NCBI RefSeq assembly: GCF_036321535.1
Contig: NC_087437.1
Location: forward strand, 84,880,001 to 84,944,000
Origin: Camelus dromedarius
Lineage: Eukaryota
Direction of reading: 5' to 3'
DNA length: 64,000 nucleotides
The stretch's first letter is position 1, and each line of letters begins with the position of its first letter. The notes beneath the pieces were generated by a model that worked only from the letters and a program-made list of their open reading frames with translations, was not told the DNA's origin and did no database searches. Made by a program: the position numbers and the translations under genes. Below, piece by piece: positions 48,153-63,983 of the stretch.

Positions 48153-51100
48153 GCCAATATGATTCCTGAGTCTGGAAACTTCCTGAACTTAGAAGGAATT
48201 TGGGTCTTTGAAAGAATCATAGTCATAAATATTTTGACTTGCACTCAACTGTCACCAGCTGGTAATGTGATAATTTAGTTGTACACATTTGACCATGAAT
48301 TTATATAATTTTACTATTTCTTTTGCCTTTATGATAAATCTTGCATACCTGAAAATGAAAAAAGATTATGCATATATGCATGTATACAGTTACATATATA
48401 TTAGCTGGAAGTATATGATATTTTACTAAGTACATTTACTAAAATTAAATTATTTGTTAATTAATATTCTATTAGACTTTCATTTTTCTGAAATGAAGGC
48501 TTTTTTCTGACATTGAGTTAAGATCAAAAGCATATTTCCAAGTAATATTCATATTTCAAAATAGTATGTTAACATTTCCATTTACATTTCTCTCAGCTAA
48601 TGCTGCTAGATGAGTAAGTTTGAATGAAATCATTATGTTGTGATGTTTTATGTTATATTCTGGCATTGCTTTTGGAAAACAGAAATGCTTGTGAAATTTC
48701 ACATTAGCTGCTTTATAGTGTTATTTATTATTGATACGGCCTCAATGGAATTTACATTTAGTTTATGTTACTTTCTTGATATACATAAATATATATGTAT
48801 GTGTGTATATATATATATACATATATACTGAACTGTTTTCTTCTTTAAATGTTCTAAGTAAAATGCTAACCATAGAGTTCATGCATAGTTCAAGTTCAAG
48901 TTTGGTTTTTCAAAATAATCTTATCAAATAATATCTGCAATGCCAGGAAATGTGTTTTCTATTTTAATAATATGTTTGTGTACGTGGTTTAGATTTAACA
49001 ACTCAATATAACCCAAAAAGTATAAAAATTTATAGACAACTAACTGCACTTGATTTCCTGCATTTTCAAAGGTATAATCGAGTAGTTTTCTATTATTCTA
49101 TTTTTGTAGATTAACACAGCTATTATTATACAAATGTTAAAAGGGTTTTATAAACAAATTAATGTGAAAAATTTAATTGAGAGATTGATATAGCAGTTAC
49201 ATAATTATTCACTTTGTTCCTGAAGACATTATAAAACCTTTTTTCAGTCAATACTGTATTATAAATTTTTTACAGTCCAATATTTTTTTAATTTTAAATT
49301 CAACAAACATAAAATTGATCTGTCCAAATACCATGAAACTTTTAATCTGTATCTATCTTCTTCAGCCTAGTAATGAACAGTTTAGGACTGCTCTTGTCCA
49401 TTAGTCTTTGAGTAGCTCTAGGATATAAAGATTTATCTAGTCTGGCTATCAAATGCTCTGACCTAGTCTCACTTAAATCATTCCCTCATAAGGGTTTTTA
49501 AATATGTTTAAACAAAAGCATTATTTATACTTCAAATTGTAACATCAATTTTCTATAGATTTACAATTTTTATTTAGAACTTCTGAAATTGAAAGTAGTA
49601 ACTTGTTTTTTTCCATGATGATCCTTAACAGTAAGAGTAATAGCATTCTCCTATATTTGACTTCACTAATATTAATCTGTTTATTTGCCATCATAATGAA
49701 TCTTTCATAAACACATCCATTTGCAGAATCCCTAACTGCAGATTCACCCGTCATGATAACCAGTCTAAACTAATCTGAAAAAATGCTGAATTAAAGCTTT
49801 ACTTTCCAGGTGATCTGGCTTGGTTTTTTAGAGCGATGAGGTGCCCTTTGGATTCAGGATAATGAAATTAAGCTTTCCTCGGATTAAACACTAGCCAAAT
49901 CCCATCAAAAGGGTCCAATCAAAATCTTTAGGCCAACATGTACAAAACTACTATGAAACACGTGAATAAAAACCAAAGAATCCTCATTTGGGTTTGCATT
50001 AAAAGGCAGAAGGTGGTGTTGGGAAAAAAGTTTTGAGTTTCTGTAATAAGTAGAGATGTGTGTAGAAACAGGAGTGGGACAATTTATGGCAAGGAGAAAT
50101 TTGTTTGCACTGTACTTGAAACCTCTTTTATGAGTAGGGAAGATGTTAAGAACCCTAACTTGATTTGGGAGTAGGCAAAGTCATAATTTAACCCAGTGCA
50201 CCTGGAAGATATCATAAATGCATATTCTGTCAAAGGAACAACTTGAAACCTGCTGCTAAACTCAGAAATTCTCAGAGAAGATTCCTCAGATTTTTCCAGA
50301 ATTTCTTCTTGAAACAAATCTGTGCATTTTGGAGGATATTATCTTCAGGATGTGATATATTTAATTTTGAGTTTGATTCTTCAGTGTGAATTTAAATTAA
50401 AAAATTGAGTTCTATAGATCTTGAAATAGAGGATGGAGCCACAATGGAGAACATTTTAAAGATTATTTGTTTGCCATTTAAACAAACAGTCCATTGAAGA
50501 ATATTCAACATTTGATTTTCAGTCAGCAGGTTAGAAAAGAGTACTGAAAACTGCTTAAGTATGTTAGCTCCAAAATGAGTTATTACAGTTCAAAGTTGAG
50601 TCAACATGTCTAAAAATATTTAATTATATATAAAAAAAATTCCAACTTAATGCCAGGTCAAAAACCAAACTTATTTACAATGTCATGATAAAACTTGGAC
50701 TTACAAGTAAATCTGGTTTAGAAAAACAATTTAATACAAATAGAAAAATTTGCATATTTCAAGCAAACTTCATTTCTTTGCTTTAGTTACTTCTTCTACC
50801 AAATTAAATTCAGTAGACTTTTAATTTAGGATCTTCCTGTAGAGTGCAGTAAGTTTTAAAATAAACTATCATTTAGAAAGACAATGTACTTTAAATTTAC
50901 ATTTGAAAACATATCATTTGGGTTCAGCATTTTGCCCTAGAAACGTGTATTTTTGCAGTGTGCATGTGTGATGCATCTGTGTCACAGACAGACGTGTCTG
51001 AGAGAAGTATGTGTTTGTGTATGTTTGTATTTCTTATTTATTGATGTGCTACCAGTCTTTCCTATGTAATATGCAATTAAAATTTAAATGTTTTATACCC

Positions 51101-51599
51101 TTGAATATGTTAATGTTTTATAAAAAAATCACTATTATGTGTTAGTATAATAAGTGTTTTGTAGAATATTGGATTCCAAAAGAAATTCTGTAATTGATAA
51201 CTAAAGAGAAATAATTGGATAGTAATATCTAGTAGTTGGAAAAAACTGAGTCATTCATCTGTTATTTTAGTAACCTCTAAATCCTCTTCTGAGTGGTTCT
51301 TTGTTCTCAAAGACAGCTAGCTACTGAGAGGAATCATATCATCTTCCCAGGCAGTTCATTCCTTCTTTTTTTGTACTGTTCAAATTTTCAACTTATTTTC
51401 ATAAACATATCTGAGATGATTCCAAATAGTAATAATTACATGTATTTCTTGATTTCCCTCTTTCACATGATAATCTTGCAATTATTTGCCAAGAGTTGCC
51501 CATGAACCTTCAGAATCTGGACTAAACACCATATACCACAAAAAAACAGATGTGATTCTGTTCAATCAGTTTTTTTTTTCCTGAATATCTTCCTTTTCC

Positions 51600-52240
51600 T
51601 ATAGGATTGTTATCTCTGTTGTCAAAAAATGGATCACGCTCCAGGAGTAGCTTGATCAGTACAATTTAGAGCAAGTAAAAAAAGAACTTTACTCAAATAT
51701 AATATATTGACAAAGAATAAAAATGCCCTCAAGTAGCCCAAGTAAACAGGGATATATTTCAAGACAACAGGTAATCTAATAGTCAGTCACCACTAAGGGG
51801 ATAAATTGGTTATCAAGGTCTTGTGGTCACCAGAGCTGGAAATAGTGGTACTGCAATACCATCAAATTTTGGATTCATGGTCTTTTTATTTCTTTTGTTT
51901 TGTTCTTATGTTTTTATTCTTATCCCACTTCAGATCATCAGCTCTTTTCGTCTTTTTTTCCACTTAATTCTTTCTTTTGGCTACTCACTGATCATGTGTT
52001 TCCAAATGGTACTTTTGTACCTGAGTCCATGTGAACATACTGCTTTGCCTTTTTATAGATAAACTAGTTGTTTATCATAGTGTTCCATTTCCAGACTCCC
52101 AGGAGAGAGAAAAATCTGGTCCAATGAGCTGAAACCTAGTGGGGTGGAGGTAGGCACAGACTCACATTGGCAGAAGGGATATAGTTGAGGTAATGCTCAG
52201 TAACAGATACGGGATCAGCAGGTAATGAAACATCCAGTAC
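51600..52240 (-). mobile_element. Old MaLR LTR, MLT1K-like
   Basis: ttccatttccagactcccaggagagagaaaaatctggtcc motif and overall layout; heavily decayed. Confidence 0.45.
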
Positions 52241-53011
52241 TGAAAGACTGTCAACTTTTCTCAACCTAGGCATCATAGTTCTTTACTGTAATTATATTCG
52301 TGCAGTTTAACATTACTTACTTTGGCACACACATCCGTCCATTGAATTACAGTGGAATATATATGTGATTTTGTTAACCATAACTTTTCTTCTAAAAATA
52401 ACTGTCTAAATTTATCTCTAAAATAATGGTAAAAATGTAGGTATGTGAATTATATGGATTTTAGGAAAAAGGGACCTAGTTTGAAGAAAGATCAGCTGAG
52501 ATTATTAAAGCTGCAGGCAAGATACTTACAAGAGTTGAACAGCATTTCTTGATAATTAATTATTGCCTCTTTCAGAGAGCAGTTATGCATGTATATATAT
52601 AGGAAAATTCCAGTGCACTTACACACACAGGCACAGTTTAACATACCCCTTTATACACATTATCCATTGGATCTATCAGTCCATTCTTCAAACTTTATCT
52701 CACAACTTTTATTTGGGTTTCCTCCACTACCACCAATATCATCACTATCAGTCTTTGTCTCTTCACCTCTGCTCAGAAACCACCTAACATACAGTATTAT
52801 AATTAGGTACTTGTATTTCAGTATTCTACATGGTGCTTCATAAGGTAGTATGCTTATTATGATATTTAATAGATGGTAAAGTCAGTAGAAACATCAAGTA
52901 ACATCTAGTAAGTGATAAACTCAGGATTTTGGAGATCAAACTTTAACCGTGATACCATTATGTAAGTTCCAATCTTGACAGTAAATTTAGGAACAGGTAT
53001 AATTTGATTTG

Positions 53012-53044
53012 TGTAATACAGTTTGTAATACAGTTTGTAATACA
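53012..53044. repeat. Perfect 12-bp tandem repeat (tgtaatacagtt) x2.75
   Basis: tgtaatacagtt tgtaatacagtt tgtaataca. Confidence 0.9.
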
Positions 53045-56000
53045 TCTTGAAAATAGGAAAAGGTTGTTACATACTTTTAAAACTTTCTAAATTACAGTGA
53101 AGACATATCTCATTGTCCAATTTCTTGCTTATATATGCAATATAATAAAAATCTATAGAAGTAAAAGTAATTAGATACATCAGTGGGAGTTTGTGTGTTT
53201 TCACATTGTGGTATTAATTTAATAACCTCATTTGAACTTTACTTACAAAGTATCATCAAATACCAATAGTAACATTTTAAAAATGTTAATCTTTAGAAAT
53301 TACTACATTTTAATTTTATAATACTGTTTTGATTTTAAATGAACTTTCAAACTTTATGCCAAATAAGCACATCTTAACCTTGAAGTGTTATATGTATTTA
53401 TTATTTTCTTGATAAATATTTTTAAAGAGGTTTGATTGAAAGGAATAATGAATTTTTCTCAAAGATGAGAGTTATATTTTGCCCATATTTATAATACTTC
53501 TCAATTAGAATTGAAATAATAATTGTTATAAAATTTTATTTATATATCACATATTGAGACTCACAAATTTTGAGTAACTCCACGTAGACTTAAAGCATGA
53601 TTTTTTCCTTATATTTCATATATTGACTTCTTTCTGGTAAATATCATAATTGAATCTTTTTTGTGTTATATAAGATGGGTTTGTAAATTAACTTACAACA
53701 AAAGTGGAAATTATTATAACAAGAGCAAAATTAAAGTGAGAGCTATTAATATGCCAGTGTTTGATATTCTTTTCTAGAGATTGTACATTCCCCAATATAC
53801 AGAATAAAATTCCATAAACAAGAAGACTGTGATTTTTACGTTAGTGATCATCACCTTAAATTCACAGATAGCTTTACTCACCAAAATTTTTTGGCCTGAC
53901 TTTCATTTTAGTTAATCATAACCAAAGGCTGAAAATCCAAATAAATATCATCATTTGGTAAAAATATTAGTTGCCTGCCTAGCAATCTTCAACTTTTAAT
54001 TTATTTAAAATTTACCTAAAACAATCTCACTTTTATCATGTTTTTATTGTTTTCTTGTTTTATAAAATTATGAGCTATGGTGAACATTTAAAAAGAATTA
54101 TACTAATTTAAATGCTACCATTACAGGTAACTGAAAACAAAAAACAATTTGCCAGTGCTATAGAGAGATGAAAGGAATCTGACTTACATAGAGTTTCATT
54201 TCCTAGATTCTACAGTCTCTTTAGAAACATGTTTATTCCAGTGGTTTTTAAAATTATTAAAGCCTAGCTTTTACACTGAAGACAGCTAAATAACTATATT
54301 TAATGACTAAATACGACTATTTCATCATCAGTATTTAAATTTCAACCAATGCCCCTCATTTATCTAAATAACCAAGCCCAATGTTAAGGAAAATTCTACT
54401 TCAGTGAGATGGATCATGATTCAACTAAAATATTTTAAATTTCTGTGTAGCAACTCTCTCCAGTGAAAGTCAACTCCATTTTTTGAAATTCTGTGTAATG
54501 AAAATAAATATATTTTATGAAATATTTAAAGAATACCTTTCTAAAAATAATATCCATGAGGACATCTGAAATTACTCTCGACTTAGTGACTTTATGTAAT
54601 ATTTTTAATAAAAATGCTCATATATTTATACAAAGATTTAACTTCAAAAACACAATTCTAATTCAGTCTCTAAATTTTGAGAGGGCAACTTTGCACAGCT
54701 GTGATGTCCTGAACAATTGTTTTGGGATAATAGTAAAAGGTTCATGAAATTATTACTTACTGACTGCTTCTAAAACTATTGAGGCAGTTAAACAGGTTTA
54801 TCCATGAACAAGATTGTTTGTATTAGTTTATAAAATAAAGCTGTTTTGAATGCTTTATAAAATTTGAACTAAAGAACTTATTGCTATCTTAATTCATGTT
54901 ATCTTGTCTTGGTTTTTTTGACCTTCCTTGGGGAAGTTAATTATTTATAAATGATTTTAGCATTTGGTGAAAAAAATACATACTCTTTCTCATATTTTAA
55001 ACCAAAGTGAATTCAATTCGATAAAATTTTCAGTTAAAATATGAAAAACTAAAGTGTAAGAAGAAAATAAGATATGTCTAAACTTACTGTGAACAAGAAG
55101 TTTCTCAGCATGGTTACAAAAGCAACATTATCTGTGGTTCTGTAGAATTGGCCTCCCACAGCATCGCCTCTTGCTTCATTGCTCCTTTCACTTGTGCAGA
55201 GACAGTGCAGCGGGGAGATGTTCAGAGGAAGATATTTAGTCACTGTTTGTACACATCCTGGTTCTGCCCTTCACCAGCTTGAGACCCCTGGCTATATGTC
55301 TGTTTATTGTCTCTAATGTAAGGACAATAAAGGTATTTACCTCTTAATGTAGCTCTGAGGGGAGAAAAAAAAAAGATACCCCATGCCCAGCACATCTAAA
55401 GTGGCCTATAAATCTTACTGTTGGTATCTAATCACACTAGAATTTGCTGAATTTATCCATAAAGATAAAACTATGAATTCTGTTCCCAGAAATAGGATTC
55501 CAACTTTTTATGAATCCCTCTTGTGATTAAATCCAAGATTTTGATCATATCTGATTTTCCTGTATGAAATATTTCATATTCACTTTACTTCTTTGAATCT
55601 TAATATCAAAGTATTTCATTTGTGGTTTTTCAAATACCCATCAGCAAATACCCATTCCTAAAGAATAAGATCATCCAAATGTTTTGTATTAAATTCATAT
55701 TTTGTAGATTTCAACACATTGTCCCTTTTCATTGTGTTTAGATAATTAAGCAATGAGACAGAACAGAGTGTGAATTGTGTGGCATTTATTCACGCATGGT
55801 GGACTGTTAGTCATAAGGCTGAAACCAACTGTTACCAAGTGAGTGAAGTGTGAATTAGGCATTACATGCCTGGGCTGACATGTCTAAGTGCATTATGAAG
55901 TGTGATTCATAAAGTCAGATTAATACATGTAGAGATGCTTCAAAATATAAAGTGACTTAATGTCAGCAAAAACCATAGCTAAGGATTGTGTGACTTGATC

Positions 56001-56679
56001 AAGGTTAATTAAAATACAGTTCAGGATTCTTGCTGAAAACACAAGACATTGTTTTTTTGTTTTTGTCATTGTTCACTTGTTTTTGTTGGAATTTATTGCT
56101 TGTTTGGCTCTTATGTAAGATTTGTTAATGTAGATGTTTATATAACAACATGTCAAACGACTTTAACAAATAGAGTCCACTCTATTGTTATGTTTATAAT
56201 ATTAGGCTGTATGCTTTGTTTAATTTTTTTAAGCTCCTTTTGAAACTAATACCAGTGCCTATCCTGGGTCAACACTGGTCCATTGTGCACCAATCATTCT
56301 CAGATACAGAGCCAATAATAATTCCAAATTATTGTGCATTAGTATTACATGTACTATTAGCACATATGTACTAGGACTGTATGTTTAGTTTGTAAATTTC
56401 CTATCCCTTTACTGTCTCCTAGTATTCAGGGATATTTTCAGCTAGTCTATATCCTCATTCAGTCTGAAGCTCATAATTGTATTATCATAAATAAACATGA
56501 ATAAAAGAAACTTAGACAAGATTTTCTACATTATTCTTTAGCACTTAAAATTATTTGAATAAATGTTATGTTCCTTAAGTAATTAATTCCATCCTTACAT
56601 GATTTCAAAAGCAATAATCATACACACAGACACACTCACATACACACAAACTTTTTTCAACATTCTTCATGATATGTAT

Positions 56680-59600
56680 GAATCAGACCATTGCTGAATA
56701 GTTTTACACTGAGTTCTCAAATACCCTTTACTCAGCTTCCCCTTATATTAACATTATTATCATAGAACATTCATTAAAATAAAGACTTTGTTCTTGGTAT
56801 TATGATGTTAGCTAAAGTTGAGAAGTTATTTAGATTTCAGCTGTTTCTACACTAAATATCCTTTTTTTTTCCCCGGGTCCAATACAGGATTCCACATTTC
56901 ATTCAACTCTCTTCTTAGTCTCTTCTTATCTGTGATACTTCTTCAGTCTCTCCTTGTCGTTACTCTGATGCTTTGAATATTATTCGTCAGTTATTTTTTA
57001 GAATGTCCTTCAATTTGGGTTTGCCTGGTGTTTTCTCATGCTTAGGTTGAGGTCATTCATTATTTGGAAAAATAGAGTAGAAGCAGTAGTCCCTCTCGTC
57101 GCATCATGTTTGAGTCCATAATGTATGTGAGTGTATATTACTTGTGGTGACAACCTCAATCACTTGGCTAGGGTGGTGTCTGCCAGGATCTTCATTGCAA
57201 ACTTACTACATTACAAACGTCATTGTATACATTTCGGGGGAGATATTTTGAGTCTCTGCAAAAATCCTCCTTCTGCTTAAACGTCTATCCACCAATTTTA
57301 ACTTTCTTATACATTCACTATTTGAAAGTGTTTTTAAAGGAGGAGTTGTCATTTCTCTCCCATGACTGATTCTTTTATTCATTTATATCAGTATGGACTT
57401 GGGTATTTGTTTTGTTTATTGTGTTATTATATAATACCATTGTTGTTTAGTTGCTTGAGTTGCCCCAACTTTGGTCGTTGGAGACCCTTTCACATTGACC
57501 CCTCTGCCCTTTCAATAGGCCAACAAGCCCTATCCTTTTATTTCGTTTTGTTTTAAAGTACTTCCTGACTTTTTGGTACCAACAGCTGCTCCAGACTCAT
57601 ATATTCCCTCTCCCACCCTGAAACCACCCAGTTTTCCAAGGAGCCTTGCTTCCTTTTCTTGGAAAATGGTGTTGGAAACCAATTTCTGGATGCTTGATGT
57701 GCTCATTAGTACTGAAGTGTCACCATTTCTAGTCTCCATTTCAGTGGATAAAGCTAGAATATATATACCAACTCATGCACACACATTCATGCACTTTTTT
57801 TTTCCTGAATTTATTTGTCTGTATATATGTTTTTAAGAAATGTGTCAATGTTGGTATCAACTCCATTCTTACCCTACAGGGATCATTCTAGCTTCTGCCT
57901 TTATTTGTAGCATCCTCTTCTGATTGTTTTTTAACCTACAGTATATTTACATATTTATTCAAAAATATACCAATTAAGCAGTAATTAAAGTACAATGTAG
58001 TTGTATGGTTGTTTTTAACTTTAGCCTTATAGTATGCAGTAAAAATATCATTTTCCAAAACTACTGAGGTCAACACTTTTCTTCCCAATTACGTCACTGT
58101 AGTTATGTTATTCATTTGTAATATAATTAGACTCAGTTACAGTCTGCTTTCCATCTTCCCCTATGTTACAGACACGTCTGCTTAATTTAAAAAATACATA
58201 CAAAAATACATACAATAAAATACAACTGTGTACAGTTGTAAAGTTTTTGACAAATGCATAGTCATGTGTCCAACACTGTGGTTTTATACAGAACAATTTT
58301 TTCACTGATGTTATCCCTTTATAGGCAAACCATCTCCTCAACCCTGAGAAACCAGTTAATTTTCCTGCCTACAGTTTTTCCTTTTTCAAAGGGTCATATG
58401 AGTGGAATCTTGCAATATGTAGCCTTTGGGTTTGGTTTCTTTCATTTATCAAAATGCATTCAGAATTCATCTTTGTTGTTGCATGGATCAAGAGTTTATT
58501 CCATAGTTAATTTATTTACCTTTTGAAGACTACCTGTATTGTTTCCAATTTTGATGATTATGAATAAACTGCTATAATTTTCATGTGAGTATATGTATTA
58601 TTTTCTCTAGGGTAGATACCTTGCAGGATCACTAGGTCACATATAGGTACATACACAACTTTATAAGAAACTACCCAATTGTTTTCTAAAGCAACTGTAT
58701 CATTTCACACTGTCAGCAGCATTGTATGAGAATCTCGTTTGCTCAGCATCCTCTCCAGTACATGGTGTTGCCAGTGTAGTCTGATTTTAAACATTCCAAT
58801 AGATGTGTAGTGGTATCTCACTGTAATGTAAAATTTTATTTTTGTGATAATTAATTATATTGAATATACTTTTATAAACTTATTTACCATCTGTGTATCT
58901 TTTTTAGTGAAGTGTCTATCCAGATCTTTTGCCCATTTAGAAAATTTTTTGTTTGTATATTCTTGAGTTTTGGGAATTTTTTAAATTTTCTGAATATAAG
59001 ACCTTTGTCATAAACAAAATGAGCAAATATTTTATCCCAGTCTGTTACTTGCTTTTCATTCTCTTAACACTGTCTTTCACATACCAAAAGTTACTTTTTG
59101 AAATTTTCACTAACTCCAATATCAATTTTTAATGTATCAATCAATGCATTTTGTGTCATATCTTTACTTCTGTCAGAATTTTTAACATACGTATCATTCA
59201 TGAGACTGATTTTGACCCTTACTGTGTATTTTCTGAGTATATATATATATATTTTGCCTTTTTATGTAACTTGTACTATCTGATGTTGTTTCTGGAAGTT
59301 GAAAGCCAGACATCTTGTATAGAACCATAATACTGAGGTCGATAGTTTTGATCCCTGAAAGTGAGCAAGCCTTTTCTTCTAGAAGGCCTTTAGATGAGGC
59401 ATTTGAATTAATCCACCCAGAAGTTGTGGGGGGTTTGACTTTGTTGTTGTTATGGTAAACTTTATTGCTCCTTAGGTTTCAAAATCCTTTGGAAATAATT
59501 TGTGTGTAGGACAAGAGTTGGTTTCTCAGAGCAGTGTCTGTGCCTTCTGAGTTTTAGGTCTTTGCCTGTGCCTCAGAGAGTTTTTCTCTGCATGCTCTTG

Positions 59601-60290
59601 TTTCTCTCTTGTCTGTATCCCAGTCATATTCTATTATTATTTATTTTTCAGAGTTTGTTAGCTTGGTGTGAGGATGATAGTGGAGAGTGCGCAGTCTTAG
59701 TTGTATTGATTAAACCTCAGTCTTGGCATGCACCCTGTCCTTTTTATCAAGGGAGATGGCCTTCTCAATTCACTTGCACTGCTCAAAGGGCTCAGCAGGT
59801 GATTCTCCCTTTAAATGGGGGTCTTAATCATCCCCATGTGGTTCCCATCTCCCCAGTTAGGACAAGCTTTCATCAATACCCTAAAGGCAGAAATGCTTAT
59901 TGTCTCCCATTGCTCACCTCTCAAAGACTTATTTCATAGTAGAGACAAATGAAGTAGATTTGTGTAAGTGCTTTGTTGCTCCCCCAGCACAGCTGTCATT
60001 TCTCTAACCCAGGTGACCATCAGTGATACATCTTAGGGTTTTTTTCCATTCATTCCTGGGAGCACCCAGGGGGTCCATACAGAAGGTGACCGGTCTGGAA
60101 CACACTTGTCCTTCAAGTGTTAGCTCTTCTGGCAAACTCTTCTTAGCCACAACATGTATGTTTACCCCAGATGAGCACATGATCATGTTTGCTTTCTCCC
60201 TGAAGGCACAGTTTCTTTTGTCCTTGGGCCCTTTTGTGTTTCTACAATATTAGGTCTTCAATTGGTTTGAAAAGTTGTGATTTTAAATTT
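56680..60290 (-). mobile_element. Cluster of old L1 (L1MC/L1MD-type) fragments: 3' UTR pieces, ORF2 C-terminus and a 5'-region-like segment
   Basis: tttttagaatgtccttcaatttgggtttgcctggtgttttctcatg (L1MC 3'); ccaaggagccttgcttccttt...ttggaaaccaa; cagcagcattgtatgaga...agcatcctctccag; gtgtagtggtatctcactgt; gtgaagtgtctatccagatcttttgcccattt. Confidence 0.82.
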
Positions 60291-60300
60291 GGTCCACATC

Positions 60301-60880
60301 TATTGGGAAAGACAGTCAAGCATGTCTGTTTGCTGGCTGCTGGATTTGGGTTCAGAGCATTTCTAACTTGGAGATAGAGAGCCCTCACAGCCTGTATTGG
60401 GTTTATCCCCTATTTCAGACTCAATATGTTCTCCTTTGTTTTGCTTAAGTACAGACCAGGGGCCCTTAGGCACTCCTGCAGCTTTCTGTATTTCAGACCC
60501 CTTGGCAGGAGGGGTGCCTCCAGTGCAGCAGAAAGTAAAGTGCTTGACTGCAGAAGGGATGCACTGGTCATGGAGGACCTGCAATGGCAGGGGGCTGAGT
60601 CTTGTGCACCAACTCTCTCTCCATTTTGCTGTTAAGTTAACCCTATACCTCTTGAGCCTGATATGAATATTGTCTGTTTTCAGTGACCTCAGATAATTTG
60701 TTTCTCCCCTGGGTGGCATTTATCTGCCTTTGAACCATGGACATGCTTTTGTTATATTCTGTTCTGAGGTACAGCCTGACTGCTCAATGAACAGTGGAAC
60801 ATCGTTTTCATTGTAAGTTGGGAACAACATTCTTTCCAGCTTTCTATGTCCTGGTTGCAGAGCTTGGAAGAACTGGCCTT
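60301..60880. mobile_element. Probable old ERV1-type LTR, family unresolved
   Basis: GC-elevated block starting tattgggaaagacagtc with an LTR-like layout; no clean TSD found. Confidence 0.4.
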
Positions 60881-63800
60881 GTACTAATAGTGTCCATTTT
60901 TCTCTTAAATACAGCAAATTAGAGTTTTCTTTATAATAAAATTGTGATCATTCTTTAAAGTTTTTTATATATTATTAATTAATCTGAAATCTAGTTTAAA
61001 GTCTGAAAGGCACTGAATCCATACAAAAATTTTACTTTCTAATGGAATTGTCATTTTTGATGGTGTTTTAAAATTTAACAATGTAAGTGCAATGTTATGG
61101 AAGCAAGGTAAGGTGGCTCTGTTGTATAAATCAGTTTAATTATATGAAAGTGTTTCACTAACACAATGATCCTGTGTTTCCCAACACCACTAAGTTAAAC
61201 AGACAGGTGTGACTCAGTCTTCAGTCAGCCCTTGATTATAGTCTTCCTGTTGTTCCCTGGATACAGGAAAGTTTAAGGAAAAGGCTATCTTCAGCTTTGC
61301 CTTTGAGCTCTGTTACAAAGTTTTAATTTCTTGTTGAAAGTCTAGGACATTTCTTGTACAAATTAGGCTTCCTAATTGGTTGAATTAATGCACACAGGCA
61401 CATTTATCCAAAGAAGGCAATAAAGGTCTGACTGATATTGGTGGGGCTGGCTGGAGCCTAGCATAGATGTTGTCAGAGCTACACTGAGTGATGGGCTCCT
61501 GGAACTGCTTTAGACAGTGTTCACGTTGACTTCATCAAATAGCAGAGTAAAATAAAGTGGACCATGATCAATGAGGAAATTAAAGAATGCAAGGAGAAAA
61601 CTGGTGCTCAGAGTTGGATTTGAGGTAAAAAAAAAAAAAAAAAAAAACAGGTTGTAAAGAGGAAAGTGAGTCATAGAGTCAGAATTCATAAGAGATGGGA
61701 CCCATAAGTAATAGTATGAAGAATGATAGGTAGTGGTTCCATACCAAGGATACTCATTTTCAAGTCTACATTGGTCCTGCTCTCATTTGGTGTCAACTGC
61801 GCATGACAAATTTAAGACTAATAGTTTACAAATGAACAGCCCCAAAGTAGACACACATGGCTCTGAAGTTATCTAGTCTCTCTATCTAGGTAACTTCAAG
61901 GAAGAATTAAGATAGGATGAATTTTGATTGACCTTGATGCATTATTTTGATTATTAAGGTGCCTCATTAGTACAGTAGGTAGTACATCAGTCTCATTATT
62001 AAATAGTGAAGTTATTTTTTTGAATTTGGAATATAATTAGGTAGCTATGCATTCACATTTTTGTTTGATTTTACTAATTGGTTTAAAAATATCTTTGGGA
62101 TTTTGGAAACATATTACTTGCAAATTCATCTTCATCTCAATAATCCAACACAAATTTTATTCTGTATATAAATAATTTATACTTTTAATATTCAGCCAAA
62201 AATTAAATGCTAAATGATATCTTTTTCTGATTTTGGAAGGATTATAAGCAGTAGATTAAAAAATATCCAGATTTTTGAAACTCAAAGCTTTCATAATGAT
62301 ATCACATGTTAACTAAGCATTCAATTCTCAAAAGTGATTCAGAATTATTAGTTAGGTATAGCATCTGTCTGTTCATTATTTCACATTCCCTAAAATATGC
62401 AAAGAAAATTTATAACACAAAAACACTCTTATCTACTTATCTGTATATCCCAAAATTGAAGTAGGAAAGCAAGAGTAAGTATAGTTAAAAGGCCAATGAC
62501 TAAGGAAGCAATTTGGATTAAACTATGAATGATCTGTGCCATTAAACTAAAATACAATGAATTGAATTTGATAGCATTTAGGAAGATATATACACCAATA
62601 AAGGGATAATTAATATTTTAATACTGATTACAAACATTTTCAGTAAGACATGTATTAAAAAATGAAAAAAGCCTATCACAGATGTATGTAAAAAGAAACA
62701 TTTAATTGCATTTGAAAAGAAGCATGTAATTATAATTTTATTAAAAGGCTTGTCCTTTTAAACTTGAAAATTAGAATGAGAAAATCAGATTATAAGAAAA
62801 ACTGTTACTTTCTGAAATGTTTTAATTTGTTTTGCTGGCTTTAGAAAGGAGTTATGTTAGACATTTAGATTTAAATAATAAATGAGACAAAGTAAAATGT
62901 AGAATACAAGACTGAAAAACCAACATCAATTTATAAATAACTTCTGGACATTATTGAAAAAATATTGAAAAATCTTTGGGGTTAATGGTTATACTGGTTA
63001 AAATGATATATAAAGAATAATTATAATATCTTATTTTTTGGAGGTATATTACTTAAAAGATGAATTTCTGAAGACATAGGTAAATGTCTCAATGGTAAAA
63101 AGGAAACAGGATACTTTAGATTTTTTTGTATGCCTTCTACCTAAAATAACTTTTACTTTCTCACACAATTTTCTTTATGTGTAATCATATTAATTATAAT
63201 ATTATTTTATTCATTTATATAATTGCAAAGCCTATAATTCCCAGTTTATAGTGTGGATATTTAAAAATAAACTCATTTGTGACTTTTTAAAATACATTTT
63301 ATGGGATCAAAATATAGCAGAGATTTGATATTAACCTAGTCTATTTTAAAAATAGATGAATAATGTTGTTTCTGAGAGGCAATATTTAACTTCATTACTT
63401 TTTTTATTGAATTTATAATTCTACTCTACTTTTCCCAAAGAATTTATTTTAATCTATTTTATGCTTCAAATTCTTTTATTGATCACCCTACTTTATTTCC
63501 CTGTAACAACTACCTAAATCTCAGAGTTGTATTTTTTTCTTATTATTAGAATTATTTTACACACATTTATCTGAACAATCTAAATGTATTATATGTTTTG
63601 ATGAATAATTATAAAGCACAAAAGGTAAATTCTGACTGGAAATAGATTTTTAAATGAAATAGGTGAGATTTACAATTCTATATTAAATATATTCAAATCA
63701 AAGAGACAGCTGTAAAAGGAAGTTTCTGGGTTTTTTAAAATTTAAAAATGTCATTCAGTGCTTTGACTTCCTTCTGAGTAATATGCCAAGAAACAGTGAT

Positions 63801-63983
63801 TTATCATGAAAATTATAACAATCTGTTACTTGACAACTTAATTATGTCCTTTAATTTGTTGGTATAAACAAAATAAAATAAAATAAAAATGAAAATGGGA
63901 AATTTTGATCTACTGATAAATCTGTTACCTAATCTTTAGAGTCATTAATTTTTTTCAGCATTTTCCATTTTTTACTCTGTTAG

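Noticed and set aside
55862..55885. p53-like element ttacatgcct-gggc-tgacatgtct
   Set aside because: Both half-sites are imperfect and separated by 4 bp; plausible by chance in 64 kb.
59502..60917. 145-aa, 118-aa and other ORFs
   Set aside because: They lie within old L1 and LTR-like sequence on both strands and show no domain signatures.
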